DNA of 64,000 nt from an uncultured Candidatus Saccharibacteria bacterium (GCA_964434195.1 CAYSUI010000001.1:79833-143832); one strand, 5' to 3'; positions 41,741-52,146 are shown, counted from the first letter of the stretch. Numbers and translations are program-made. Notes: generated from the sequence alone by a model not told the origin.

Positions 41741-41968
41741 ATGAAGCAATTACCGCAAATACTTTCGCTAGTAAATATGGGGGTTATGGTAGTACTTATT
41801 ATTTTTATCGCGCTTCAGAATAAATCTAGTGGTCTTTCAAACATATTTGGCGGACAAGGTGTTGTCCAAACCAGGAGAGGTTTTGAAAAATGGTTATTTT
41901 TTGGAACCATAGCTTTAGCCGTAGTATTTGCAGGTCTTTCTCTGACTTCTGTATTCCTATCCAAGTAA
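41741..41968 (+). CDS. secG: Preprotein translocase SecG
   Basis: Two TMs with LQ.K..GLS..FGG..TRRG.EK. Confidence 0.9.
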   Translation: MKQLPQILSLVNMGVMVVLIIFIALQNKSSGLSNIFGGQGVVQTRRGFEKWLFFGTIALAVVFAGLSLTSVFLSK

Positions 41969-41975
41969 ACAACTC

Positions 41976-43727
41976 GTGAATTTACAAATTCATAATTCAA
42001 TAGATTATTTTCGAAAAGTTCCTAAAGGGATTCGAGAGATAAAAAGACTGAACCTTTCCACCCTGCGGAAAGTTTTTTCATTAATGGGTAAATATGAGCG
42101 AATCATATTTAGCGTACTTGTAATTACCGCAATATTATCTGCCTGGCTTGCTGCTAAGGGTTTTTATAATGAGCATACTGTACTCGCACCAAATTACGGT
42201 GGTACTTATAGAGAAGGTATGGTTGGTCAACCAAGACTTATAAACCCCGTCCTTGCTACTAGCAACGTAGATAACTCACTTGTTAGACTCATATATTCTG
42301 GACTTTACACTTACAACGAAAAAGGTGAATTAGTCCCTGACCTAGCTGTTGACCAACCCAAAATTTCAGAGGACCAGAAAGAATATACTGTAACAATAAG
42401 GCCAAATGCAAAATTTCATAACGATAGAGCGGTAACGGCTGATGATGTCATTTATACAATCAAAACCATCCAGGACCCGTCGTTTAAAAGCCCACTTAGG
42501 AGTGACTGGTTAAATACTACAGTAGAAAAAGTGAGCGAAAACGAGATTAGGTTCAAAAACAAGAATGTATCTGCTCCATTCTTAAATAATTTAACTTTGT
42601 CCATTTTACCTTCCAGAATTTGGAACCAGACATCGGCTGATAACTTTCCTTTGTCTGACGCAAACCTTAAACCCATTGGTAGCGGACCTTATTTAATTAG
42701 AGAAATAAATAAATTACCAAGCGGCGACGTTCAAAAAATTACCCTTGAAAGCTACAAAGACTATACCGGCGGTAAAGCTTTTATAGATAGAATTGTGGTA
42801 GTTTTTTATGAAAATCTAGATTCTGTTTATAAAGCATATAAGAGCGGTGAGGTCTCGGGCTTTGCTTATATACCATATACACAGAATGCAGAGGTTGAAG
42901 AAAAAATTAACACCAATAACTCTAGTGAATATATTCCCCTACCACAGTATCAAGCACTCTTCTTTAATGTGGAGAACAAAGTACTTTCTGATAAACAAAT
43001 AAGAAAAGCATTAAGGCAAGTTGTACCCAAGAAAGAAATTATTTCTAAGGCTTTTGACGGCCAGGCCAAGGAAATCAACATCCCTATCTTACCTGAACAA
43101 ATAGGCTACAAGGCTATTCCAGAACCTGTATCTGATATTACATCCGTAAACCTACTGCTCGATAATTTAGGTTATACAGTTAACGAGAATGGTATTCGTG
43201 CAAAAAAAGGACAACTCTTAGAATTTACTATTGTAACAAACGATACTCCTATAAATGTCAAAACGGCTGAACTGGTCGCCAATGAATGGAAAAAGCTAAA
43301 TATTAAAGTTAACGTCTCTACTATGCCTACTAGAGAACTAACCGAGAATTTCATTAGACCTAGAAGTTTTGATGTTCTTATTTTTGGACAAAAAAGCCTT
43401 GCAGATCCTGACCCCTTCGCTTACTGGCATAGTAGTCAAATTAAAGATCCGGGTCTCAATGTAAGCGGTTTTGCAAATAGCGAAGTAGACAGCTTAATCA
43501 CCGAGGCTAGAAGTACAATACTGCCAGAGATAAGACAAGATAGATATGAAAGATTTTTGGAAATATTAGATGAAGAATCCCCTGCCGTGTTTCTTAACCA
43601 AGGAGTATTGGTTTATTTAACGAACCCAGAAATCCACAGAGTAAATTTATCCGGTCTTTATGATATATCTTACAGATTTGACCAGATAAGCAAGTGGTAT
43701 ATAAAGGAAAAAAGAGTACTCAGGTAA
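41976..43727 (+). CDS. ABC transporter substrate-binding protein, family 5
   Basis: GGTYREG, LIYSGL, PDLA, KFHND..VTADDV.YT, PIGSGPY. Confidence 0.92.
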   Translation: MNLQIHNSIDYFRKVPKGIREIKRLNLSTLRKVFSLMGKYERIIFSVLVITAILSAWLAAKGFYNEHTVLAPNYGGTYREGMVGQPRLINPVLATSNVDNSLVRLIYSGLYTYNEKGELVPDLAVDQPKISEDQKEYTVTIRPNAKFHNDRAVTADDVIYTIKTIQDPSFKSPLRSDWLNTTVEKVSENEIRFKNKNVSAPFLNNLTLSILPSRIWNQTSADNFPLSDANLKPIGSGPYLIREINKLPSGDVQKITLESYKDYTGGKAFIDRIVVVFYENLDSVYKAYKSGEVSGFAYIPYTQNAEVEEKINTNNSSEYIPLPQYQALFFNVENKVLSDKQIRKALRQVVPKKEIISKAFDGQAKEINIPILPEQIGYKAIPEPVSDITSVNLLLDNLGYTVNENGIRAKKGQLLEFTIVTNDTPINVKTAELVANEWKKLNIKVNVSTMPTRELTENFIRPRSFDVLIFGQKSLADPDPFAYWHSSQIKDPGLNVSGFANSEVDSLITEARSTILPEIRQDRYERFLEILDEESPAVFLNQGVLVYLTNPEIHRVNLSGLYDISYRFDQISKWYIKEKRVLR

Positions 43728-43741
43728 TCTTTATAATACCT

Positions 43742-43828
43742 GGGCCAGTGGTGAAATTGGCATACACGTACGCTTCAGGTGCGTATGAGCGCAAGCTCGT
43801 GAGGGTTCAAGTCCCTCTTGGCCCACCA
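43742..43828 (+). tRNA. tRNA-Leu(CAG)
   Basis: Cloverleaf with long variable arm; loop TTCAGGT; CCA encoded. Confidence 0.95.
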
Positions 43829-43920
43829 ACAAAAATAACGAGAAGTATTCTCGTTGTTTTTGTTTTCAGAAAAAAAAATACCCCAGTTAATTTACCAGGG
43901 CTGTCTTTCGACAAAAATAA

Positions 43921-44003
43921 TCTCGGTGAGGGGATTTGAACCCCTATGGATTTCTCCACACGCTCCTAAGGCGTGCGCGTCTACCTAGTTTCGCCACACC
44001 GAG
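43921..44003 (-). tRNA. tRNA-Leu(UAG)
   Basis: CTCGGTG acceptor; loop CTTAGGA; long variable arm; no CCA. Confidence 0.93.
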
Positions 44004-44006
44004 AAA

Positions 44007-44080
44007 CGCTTCAGGAGGGACTCGAACCCACGACCCTCGGTTTAGGAAACCGATGCTCTATCCTTCTGAGCTACTGAAGC
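44007..44080 (-). tRNA. tRNA-Arg(CCU)
   Basis: GCTTCAG acceptor; loop TTCCTAA; GTTCGAGTCC. Confidence 0.93.
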
Positions 44081-44082
44081 AA

Positions 44083-44155
44083 TGCTCCCCACGGGACTTG
44101 AACCCGCAACCAGCCGATTATGAGTCGGATGCTCTAACCATTGAGCTAAGGGAGC
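44083..44155 (-). tRNA. tRNA with CAU anticodon, most likely tRNA-Ile2 (lysidine)
   Basis: Loop CTCATAA; body resembles ileX-type tRNAs; no initiator features. Confidence 0.88.
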
Positions 44156-44178
44156 TGAAATGAATTCCTCCTAATAAA

Positions 44179-44250
44179 TATCCCGGGAGGGACTTGAACC
44201 CCCGACCACCTGCTTGTAACGCAGACGCTCTACCACTGAGCTACCGGGAC
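44179..44250 (-). tRNA. tRNA-Val(UAC)
   Basis: GTCCCGG acceptor; loop GTTACAA; GTTCAAGTCC. Confidence 0.9.
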
Positions 44251-44298
44251 TGAATTAAAGCAAAGAATAATATACTTTTTTATCTTTGTCAATACTGT

Positions 44299-44560
44299 TT
44301 GACCGGTACTCATTCTTGTGCTATAGTGTTTGTGTAATTTGTAAGCGAAAGCTTGGACCCCCTTATTCTAGGGGAAAAAAACTATGTTTTCGCTTGTTAA
44401 TTACTTTAATAAATAGTAAGTGTGAGCCGGCTGCGGAGGCTGCTCCCTTACGAAAAACAAGGAACGCGGGAAGCGTCTTGAATAATAGATTCTGAGCTTT
44501 TTGCGTTTAAAAATAGGGCTCTAAGATTTACTTAGACCCAAGAAAGGAACGAATTAATTA
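44299..44560 (+). promoter_or_regulatory. rnj promoter and long structured 5' leader
   Basis: TTGACC-17-(TG)TATAGT; at least four hairpins, the first starting at the predicted +1. Confidence 0.6.
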
Positions 44561-46405
44561 ATGATCAGTGATTCTGATACAAAAAATATGACTGACCGCC
44601 CCGGGAGTGGTTCTCGTATTAGCCGTATGATAGGGAGCAGGCCTAGACCTACAACCCCTCAGCGTACAACAAACAATCCCGAAACCTCAGCAGTAGCAAC
44701 TGCTGTCCAGCCAACTAGCAGATATACACAATCTCGCACCAATTTAAAAATTACACCTTTTGGTGGCCTAGAAGAAGTAGGTGCGAATATGATGGTATAT
44801 GAGTTTGGGGAAGATATTATTATTGTCGATATGGGACTAGCATTTCCAGATGAAACCACTCCAGGTATCGACTATATAATTCCTGACACCAAATGGCTTG
44901 AAGAAAGAAAGCGCAATATCCGTGGAATTCTTATAACTCACGGACACATGGACCACATAGGAGCTATTCCTTATATCTTACCTAAAATAGGTGATCCACC
45001 TATTTACACACTCGCCCTCTCCGCTGGGCTTATTCGTAAGCGTTTGGAAGAGTTTAATATGGCAAGTCGTGCCAAAATAAATGTTATTACTAAAGATGAT
45101 ATTTTACCTTTAGGTGCATTTAAAATTAGACCATTTATAGTTAACCACAATATTCCTGATTCTGTTGGATTCTGTATTTCCACTCCAGTTGGACAAGTTG
45201 TTCACACTGGTGACTGGAAATTAGATCATACTCCGGTTAACGAAAAGCCTACTGAGTTTCATAAAATTGCTCGTTTTGGTAGCGAAGGGGTCATGCTTCT
45301 TTGTTCAGACTCAACTAACGCCGCTAAACCCGGTTATTGTCAGTCTGAGAAAGAACTAGGTATTACCATAGACAGAACTTTTTCTGAAGCAAAGGGTAGA
45401 GTGATTTTTGCTTCATTCTCATCTTTAGTTTCTCGTATGCAACAGGTTATAGATATATCTGCCAAGTACAACAGAAAAGTATTGGTTACCGGAAGAAGCA
45501 TGGTAAATAACCTAGAAGTAGCTATGGCTGTTGGTGCGATAAAAATTCCACCAAAACTTATAATTAAGTCTGAACAAGCAAAAAAGTATCCAGATAACCA
45601 AATCACCATACTTACAACTGGTGCCCAGGGTGAAGAAGCAGCTGGCCTTGCAAGAATGGCAAGAGGCGAACATAAAACTGTTCGTATTAAGCAGGGTGAT
45701 ACTGTAGTAATATCCGCCTCCCCTATTCCAGGTAATGAAAGAAGTATAGTTGCTGTACTAGATAACCTAATCCGCGAAGGCGCAAACGTTATCTATAATA
45801 AAGTATTAGATATTCACACATCCGGACACGCACAACAGGAAGAACTTAAACTTATGATGAGTTTAGTTAAACCAAAGTTCTTTATGCCCATACACGGCGA
45901 ACACCATATGCTTGCTACCCATGGTAAGTTGGCACAATCTATTGGTTTTACTGATGACCGCATAAAAATAATGGAAAATGGTGACACCTTAGAAATAAAT
46001 TCTGCTGGTGAAGCCAAGAGAATTGAAAACGCAGTACCTACAGGATATGTATTCGTAGATGGCCTTGGTGTGGGAGATGTAGGAGAAGTTGTTATTCGTG
46101 ATAGACAAGTAATGGCCACAGACGGTATGTTTGTAATAATACTTACCCTAGATCGAAGAAGCGGTAAAATGGTTAACCAACCAGACATACTCTCCAGAGG
46201 CTTCATTTACATGAAGAACAACGAAGATATTATTCGCGAAGTAAAACATGAGGTTAGAAAAATGGTAGACACTCATGGGAATAAGAAAAACCTTGAACCT
46301 AACTGGGCATACCTTAGACAAGTAGTTAGAGACGAAATTGGTGAATATCTATTTCAAAAAACTAACCGCAGACCAATGATTCTACCAGTAGTTATAGAGG
46401 TCTAA
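44561..46405 (+). CDS. rnj: Ribonuclease J
   Basis: GGLEEVG.NM, THGHMDHIG, HTGDWK.D, SDSTNA, HTSGHA, PIHGE, RRPMILPV. Confidence 0.97.
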   Translation: MISDSDTKNMTDRPGSGSRISRMIGSRPRPTTPQRTTNNPETSAVATAVQPTSRYTQSRTNLKITPFGGLEEVGANMMVYEFGEDIIIVDMGLAFPDETTPGIDYIIPDTKWLEERKRNIRGILITHGHMDHIGAIPYILPKIGDPPIYTLALSAGLIRKRLEEFNMASRAKINVITKDDILPLGAFKIRPFIVNHNIPDSVGFCISTPVGQVVHTGDWKLDHTPVNEKPTEFHKIARFGSEGVMLLCSDSTNAAKPGYCQSEKELGITIDRTFSEAKGRVIFASFSSLVSRMQQVIDISAKYNRKVLVTGRSMVNNLEVAMAVGAIKIPPKLIIKSEQAKKYPDNQITILTTGAQGEEAAGLARMARGEHKTVRIKQGDTVVISASPIPGNERSIVAVLDNLIREGANVIYNKVLDIHTSGHAQQEELKLMMSLVKPKFFMPIHGEHHMLATHGKLAQSIGFTDDRIKIMENGDTLEINSAGEAKRIENAVPTGYVFVDGLGVGDVGEVVIRDRQVMATDGMFVIILTLDRRSGKMVNQPDILSRGFIYMKNNEDIIREVKHEVRKMVDTHGNKKNLEPNWAYLRQVVRDEIGEYLFQKTNRRPMILPVVIEV

Positions 46406-46414
46406 GGAAACGAT

Positions 46415-46450
46415 AAATAAAACCCCCTCAGTCAGAGGGGGTTTTATTTT
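46415..46450. terminator. Bidirectional intrinsic terminator
   Basis: AAATAAAACCCCCTC..GAGGGGGTTTTATTT between convergent genes. Confidence 0.8.
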
Positions 46451-48944
46451 ACTTGATTGGGTCAGCGAGTGTGTAAGACCCTACTGATCCTTGGAGAACT
46501 TTTAGCTTTCGCTTATTGGTTCTTAAATATTCGGTGTAGCTACGTAGGGTTGTGAAAGGGTGTAAACCGTCTGGCTGAACCAAATATATTGCGGGAGCAT
46601 CCTTAAACTTAACTATATCCCCACCCTTAACACCTTCGGGCAATGAAACTTGAACCCCGAGAATACTCCCCTCTTCTTCTAAAACGGACTGTGCGGAATC
46701 GGAAAAGATAGTAAACTTTTCTGGATTATCTTTTATTACCCTTAGCCGTTTATTTGTTTTGTTTAAATAATTTTTGTAAGAAGTGTAAGTATCGAATGGG
46801 TACAAACCTTCTGGTTTTACTAAGTAAACAGTCGGTTTGTTATTGAATTTTATAAGATCACCTTCTGCTACCGCATAAGGAAGCACGACTCCGTTCGTTA
46901 CCACCTGACCAAGAGTACTAAATGACTCATCATGGTAAATTGCTAAATTTCCCGAAGCGTCTTTACTAGTAACCCTAAAGTGGTAAGTTGTGTTCCTCTT
47001 GAGATTCTTTAGAGTGAACCTATGGTTAAGAGTTAGGGCACTTTGAATTCCGGTTTTTTTGCCATAATTTGTACTTGTACCATATTCAACTTGACCATCC
47101 GCTGGCTCGTTTGTGTCCCAGGATATAACAGCACTACTCCTGGTTACTTCGGTTATCTGCAGGTTTGTTATTTGCGGTGGTGTAGTATCTACAGGTGATG
47201 GCGGAGGAGGAGTAGGTGTTGGAGTTGGTGTTGGAGTAGGTGTTGGAGTTGGTGTTGGAGTTGGGGTTGGGGTTGGAGTTGGGGTTGGGGTTGGAGTTGG
47301 GGTTGGGGTTGGAGTTGGAGTGGGTGTTGAACCTTGGGCAGTAAGTATTGCGTCTACATTAGCTCCTAAATCTTTTGCGTCAGTACCTGCATTTTTATAA
47401 GTGGAAGTACTGAGCAAGCGGTAATCGCCACCAATTCCATTATTATAATTCACAAATCCAATTGCACTGAAACTAGCTGGAGAGAAATTTCCTGAAGGAT
47501 ACACAGCGGAATTGCTTCCAACAATTGCATTCTTCTGAAAAACATAACCCGGCATATAATTGTTCAAAGTATCAGTACCAGATCCACGATTATCTCCTTT
47601 GAATCCATATGGACCTTCTGCAAGGATATTATTAGTGAATGTAAAATTTGTGGTCTGATCTCCATAAACTGAGCCTGCATTCCCGCTATTAAAAACGGTG
47701 TTGTGGTCCAAAGTTAACCCATTGACCCCACTAATCTGAACAAATACTCCATTTCCACCATACTTTCCACCGTCGATATCCTCAAAAACATTGTTTACAA
47801 TCGCAACATTATTTAATCTTACAGCTGTTTTTCCACCATAAGCTTCTATGCCTGCGAGATTAATACCTGCACCACTCCGTTTAACAATATTATTCGAAAA
47901 AGTAATATCACCGCTATGACAAAGATCACACCCACCATCTTGATTGGTCGATTTTAAAATCATAGCATAACCACTCTGTGCATCTGCCCAATTATTCTCG
48001 AAAATATTTCCATCTATCAGCATCCTTTGGGCGTTTTTAGTTTCGAACAAATTTTTTACGGTCCAATGATAACCTTTATACGAAGGGTCTCCTACTCTCC
48101 AATCAAAAGGTTTTTTGAAATGATTTCTCCTAATCTCAAAATCTGAAGGGACCAATCCGGCTATCGTAGGATCTGCGCCTCCAAAAATTATATTTTCCCC
48201 TGCTCCTTCTAGGTAGTTATTTACGATCTTGAAAGGACCACTACCGTTCCAACCCGCTATTGCCTGTGAATCTGCTCCTATTTCATGACAATCAGAAACA
48301 TATGAATCTATTACAGCTGTACTAGCACTGTTTAAAGCGAAGCATCTTCTAACATTTTGTGTTGGTGATCCATGAACGTAAACTCGATCAAAAATAAGAT
48401 TATGAGGAAGATTACTCACAGAAGTTTCGTCGTTCCCTAATCTAACCAAACCATATTGAGTAAAACCGCCTGCGTTTGCGTCCGCAACTGCACTAGAAGT
48501 TAGACTAATTTCAACGCCGATAAATCGATAGTGGTGAGCGCCAGGACTAGTCGTAATAGCCCCTGCTACGTTTGGAGTAAGGATTTTAGCCATTTGGCTT
48601 GAGCTAGAAGGAGTCACACGAACCCCCTCTGCCCCACTAAAACCCTGAGTGGTAATTACAATCCAGGAATTTCCTGATTTATTAGGTAAATTAAAGTTTC
48701 CAGTGTACGTAGCACCAGGAGCTAGTGAAATAATCGTACCCGGTGCCGCATTATCTATTGCTGCTTGCAGGTCCCCACCGGATGCAAGGTTTATAGTAGG
48801 CCCCGAAGGTGCTGTATATGATGTATTCAGATAAGCCTGGGGTAATGCTGGAGTCACCGCAGCGTAAACAGGTGACTTATTAGGTAGTATTGCAGCAGCT
48901 ACGAGGATTACAAGACCTAAAAGCATAGAAGGGGTTCTTCTCAT
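46449..48944 (-). CDS. Secreted parallel beta-helix protein with PT linker, Fn3 domain and two C-terminal repeats
   Basis: Signal peptide; LQAAIDNA.PG..I.L beta-helix start; (PT)n; WDTNEPADGQVEYG Fn3. Confidence 0.85.
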   Translation of the reverse strand: MRRTPSMLLGLVILVAAAILPNKSPVYAAVTPALPQAYLNTSYTAPSGPTINLASGGDLQAAIDNAAPGTIISLAPGATYTGNFNLPNKSGNSWIVITTQGFSGAEGVRVTPSSSSQMAKILTPNVAGAITTSPGAHHYRFIGVEISLTSSAVADANAGGFTQYGLVRLGNDETSVSNLPHNLIFDRVYVHGSPTQNVRRCFALNSASTAVIDSYVSDCHEIGADSQAIAGWNGSGPFKIVNNYLEGAGENIIFGGADPTIAGLVPSDFEIRRNHFKKPFDWRVGDPSYKGYHWTVKNLFETKNAQRMLIDGNIFENNWADAQSGYAMILKSTNQDGGCDLCHSGDITFSNNIVKRSGAGINLAGIEAYGGKTAVRLNNVAIVNNVFEDIDGGKYGGNGVFVQISGVNGLTLDHNTVFNSGNAGSVYGDQTTNFTFTNNILAEGPYGFKGDNRGSGTDTLNNYMPGYVFQKNAIVGSNSAVYPSGNFSPASFSAIGFVNYNNGIGGDYRLLSTSTYKNAGTDAKDLGANVDAILTAQGSTPTPTPTPTPTPTPTPTPTPTPTPTPTPTPTPTPTPTPTPPPPSPVDTTPPQITNLQITEVTRSSAVISWDTNEPADGQVEYGTSTNYGKKTGIQSALTLNHRFTLKNLKRNTTYHFRVTSKDASGNLAIYHDESFSTLGQVVTNGVVLPYAVAEGDLIKFNNKPTVYLVKPEGLYPFDTYTSYKNYLNKTNKRLRVIKDNPEKFTIFSDSAQSVLEEEGSILGVQVSLPEGVKGGDIVKFKDAPAIYLVQPDGLHPFTTLRSYTEYLRTNKRKLKVLQGSVGSYTLADPIK
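47209..47328 (-). repeat. Coding 6-bp tandem repeat (Pro-Thr linker)
   Basis: About 20 copies of GGNGTN on the + strand. Confidence 0.9.
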
Positions 48945-48974
48945 AATGTATTCTATTATTTATCTATATTTTTT

Positions 48975-49604
48975 TTAATCTAAAAGTTTTGCTCTGACTA
49001 CCAATCGATCTTTTGAGCTCCATAGAGGGGTGCAAGTGTAAAGTGTTAAAATTGGTTCCAAAGTAGCAGCTTCTATCTCTAGGGCTTGTGGCGGTACAAC
49101 TTTAGTTTCGTAAACTTCATATTCATAAGTTGTACCTTGCCATTTTAATCTAATTTTATCCCCTGAAACTATTTTATCTAAAAAATAAAAAGTTTCCGGT
49201 CCGCTTGTCTTAAGAAACCTATGAGCAACAATAACCGTATTACCACCTTTTTCAGGTGAGCTGGTCCAAGGTAGGTGCCAAATGCCAAGTTTTAACAAAT
49301 TCTGATTATCCCCTTCGTGAATTTCTCCATCTACACCAATCTTTTCTATAGTAAGCTTGTTTTTCTCGTTTGATATTGAAGGAGTAAATGACATTACCGA
49401 AATATCTCTTCGCTCCTCGCCTCTAAGTAAATTTGGTTTGGCATTTTGATTAACCTGTTTCTTTTCAAAAGATTCTGAATCGGGTCTTACGAATGCATAG
49501 GAGAAGCTGGGGATAAAAGGGCTTAATATAAAATAGGTAGCCAAAATTATAACTATAATAGAAAGATAGTTAATTATCCGCTCAAAAAATTTTTTAGGAA
49601 ACAT
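48975..49604 (-). CDS. Sortase
   Basis: GNTVIVAHR, LTLYTCTP, RLVVRA catalytic His/Cys/Arg. Confidence 0.92.
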   Translation of the reverse strand: MFPKKFFERIINYLSIIVIILATYFILSPFIPSFSYAFVRPDSESFEKKQVNQNAKPNLLRGEERRDISVMSFTPSISNEKNKLTIEKIGVDGEIHEGDNQNLLKLGIWHLPWTSSPEKGGNTVIVAHRFLKTSGPETFYFLDKIVSGDKIRLKWQGTTYEYEVYETKVVPPQALEIEAATLEPILTLYTCTPLWSSKDRLVVRAKLLD

Positions 49605-49606
49605 AA

Positions 49607-52075
49607 TTACACCTCTTTAAGCTTTAGCTTGAGAAATTGCAAGAATAGAACACCTGAGAGTAGTAACACACCCAAAAAGAAACTACCAGAACTCCTACTT
49701 GAAGTAGGTTGCAACTCACCACCTGACCCACCTGTAACTGTTTTATTAAGCCCTATGTCCTTAAAACTGACCACTTCACCGCCGGAGATTGTTAAATTCT
49801 GAGATGCACTACCCCCTGAAGACTCGGTTGATACAGCATAACCAGAGGTTTTTTCCTGTGTTAAATCTAAGGATAAAGAAATGTTTCCAGATACTACTGC
49901 TGTTGAAAAACTACCGGAATTATCTGTTAATACTGGAATAGATACCCCACTTCCGTCCGTTATTCTTAGACTTACCCCGTCTGCACCCAACTCACCATTA
50001 TCTTGTATTCCGTTATTGTCGGTATCATAAAATACCTTTCCTGATACCTGTCCGACAAGCAGTGGAGTAGTACTACCTGATTGAACAGTTATTGTAACAA
50101 CGGCTGTACTAACGGCGTTTTTAGTATCTGCAATCGTGTAATTAAAAGTATCTACTCCTGTATACCCATTTGAAGGTGTATAAACACATGAACCATCTGC
50201 ACTACATATTACAGCACCGTGCGCTGTGGTGGTTGCAGAAAGAGGCGAGGTTACCAGGAAAGTATCCCCTTCTGGATCTGAATCATTGGTTTTTACTTGT
50301 ATAGAAACAGGGGTATTTATAGGTGTGGTAGCTGAATCGTTTACAGCTATTACAGAATTTGTAGGATTTACTGCGGTTCCAGCTACACTTAGATTACCGC
50401 TAAATTCTGAAGTATTACCATTGCCGTCCGTTGCTGTAGCGGTTAGGATAGTCCCATTTGAGATTGTGGCTGCCAATGATGACAGCGCTATAGAATATGA
50501 AAATTTATTCGTTGTGTCTGTACCTTGAGAAAGTGAATTGATTTGCGTCGGTCCATAGCTACCAGTAGTAGCATCTGTATCCGCACTTGATCCTTCTGTC
50601 AGTGTGGTTAAGTATGTCTTGCCTTCTCCAAATCCACTTGGATCAGGATCTGAAATAAATAGCTCTATAATGCTCCCTGGTCTTGCAAAACCAGCCAAAA
50701 TAAGATTACTACCGCTTATTTGTGCAGTACTAAGCACTGGGAAATTAAATTTATCGTTTCCTCCAGAGTCTGCGTCATTAGAGTCATTAATCGTAACCCC
50801 TGTTAAATCAGGATCTATATCTATTGCTAAACTTGTTTGATTATTTGGTGAGTTATCGTTCTGGTAGAAGGAATTTTTAGAAATTGTATTTTTCTTACCG
50901 GTAACCATCACTCCTTTTCCATTGTTATTAAAAACTAAATTCTTTGTGAATAAGGAATTAGAACCACCAGCCAGTACAGCACCCGTACCATTTGCCGAAA
51001 GAGTATTGTTCTCTATGGTCATAGCTCCTGTACCTGGAGTAGTTATTTCAATACCAAAATCAGCATACTCATTATTAGCATCGTTACCACTCGTAACATT
51101 TTGACCAGTAATTATATTTTGTCTGATTATTGAACCCGCTACGTTTGTACTATCTGTAAAAGCAACGCCTGGACCGGCAAGGTTTTGCGCTCGATTATTA
51201 TTTCTTATCTCATTCTTCTCTATAATAGTTCCACTGGTATCACCTACTCTAACAAATACACCGGTCATATCATGAAAGCCAATGAGGTTGTTTCTAATAA
51301 CTGCGTTCTTAGCATTTTCAATATATACACCGTTTGCCTGACCCCGCGAACCCACACCCGGGTCTACAAAACCCTCAGCACTTGAGCCGAGAAAATTTTG
51401 CTCTACCAGAAGACCCGAACAACATAGAGTACCTATCTCCCCGCTTTCATTGGGTTTTCCGAAACCGTATATAGCGAGCCCTTTTATAGATATATTATTT
51501 GCGGCGGCCTCAATGCCATAAGTTTGTGAATTTGGTTGTGCAAAAGATGCTTTTATTTCTATTTCAGGTTTATTAACTTTGGAAAAAGAAACAGAATCAA
51601 CACCGACAGTTCCCCCACTTCCGTCTTGCCCAGTATTAGTATCTCCACCAAATGATGTTTGAGAAGTACCGTCTACTATAGTGCCTGTGCAAGTTATAGC
51701 GGGTAAAGCACTTTTTGGGGTAATTCGGTAATATACCCCTCCAGAATATGTAACTTTTCCGTTTGTGCCAGATGACGCTGCGGTTTCTGAATTTGGAATA
51801 TTAAATATGATGGAATTGGTTCCGGCTGGACATGCGGAATTTAAATCTAAAATAGCCTGCCTTAAGCTTCCTGCTCCTGTGTCATTTGTATTCGTTACAA
51901 CAAAATTCTGTGCATCTACCTTACTAAAGGGGAGGGAGTAAAAACTAAATAAAGCGGTTAGCAAAAAAACTACTTGTAGTGATGAAATAAGTCTCTTACC
52001 AGAAAGAAACTTTTTGTTTTTTTGTTCTTCAGGTAAGTAATATGTAATGGATTCAATTTTTGGAGTTTTGTGCAT
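49607..52075 (-). CDS. Surface protein (beta-helix, Ig/cadherin-like, SdrD-B-like) with a C-terminal anchor
   Basis: VTNTND.G.GSLRQAI, AVNDSATT..NDSDPEGD, GKVFYDTDNNGIQD.GE; C-terminal TM plus basic tail. Confidence 0.85.
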   Translation of the reverse strand: MHKTPKIESITYYLPEEQKNKKFLSGKRLISSLQVVFLLTALFSFYSLPFSKVDAQNFVVTNTNDTGAGSLRQAILDLNSACPAGTNSIIFNIPNSETAASSGTNGKVTYSGGVYYRITPKSALPAITCTGTIVDGTSQTSFGGDTNTGQDGSGGTVGVDSVSFSKVNKPEIEIKASFAQPNSQTYGIEAAANNISIKGLAIYGFGKPNESGEIGTLCCSGLLVEQNFLGSSAEGFVDPGVGSRGQANGVYIENAKNAVIRNNLIGFHDMTGVFVRVGDTSGTIIEKNEIRNNNRAQNLAGPGVAFTDSTNVAGSIIRQNIITGQNVTSGNDANNEYADFGIEITTPGTGAMTIENNTLSANGTGAVLAGGSNSLFTKNLVFNNNGKGVMVTGKKNTISKNSFYQNDNSPNNQTSLAIDIDPDLTGVTINDSNDADSGGNDKFNFPVLSTAQISGSNLILAGFARPGSIIELFISDPDPSGFGEGKTYLTTLTEGSSADTDATTGSYGPTQINSLSQGTDTTNKFSYSIALSSLAATISNGTILTATATDGNGNTSEFSGNLSVAGTAVNPTNSVIAVNDSATTPINTPVSIQVKTNDSDPEGDTFLVTSPLSATTTAHGAVICSADGSCVYTPSNGYTGVDTFNYTIADTKNAVSTAVVTITVQSGSTTPLLVGQVSGKVFYDTDNNGIQDNGELGADGVSLRITDGSGVSIPVLTDNSGSFSTAVVSGNISLSLDLTQEKTSGYAVSTESSGGSASQNLTISGGEVVSFKDIGLNKTVTGGSGGELQPTSSRSSGSFFLGVLLLSGVLFLQFLKLKLKEV

Positions 52076-52146
52076 TTGTTTCTTTCTGTAATTGTAGCAT
52101 GCTACTTGGAAGTTTAGAAAATAAAAAAACCAACATGTGTTGGAAT

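Noticed and set aside
43694-44495. ORFs 43694..43939, 43936..44163 and 44286..44495
   Set aside because: They overlap tRNA genes or the rnj promoter and leader.
47209-47328. Tandem repeat as CRISPR or non-coding VNTR; Gly-Val ORF 47113..47400
   Set aside because: It encodes the Pro-Thr linker on the minus strand; the + ORF is its shadow.
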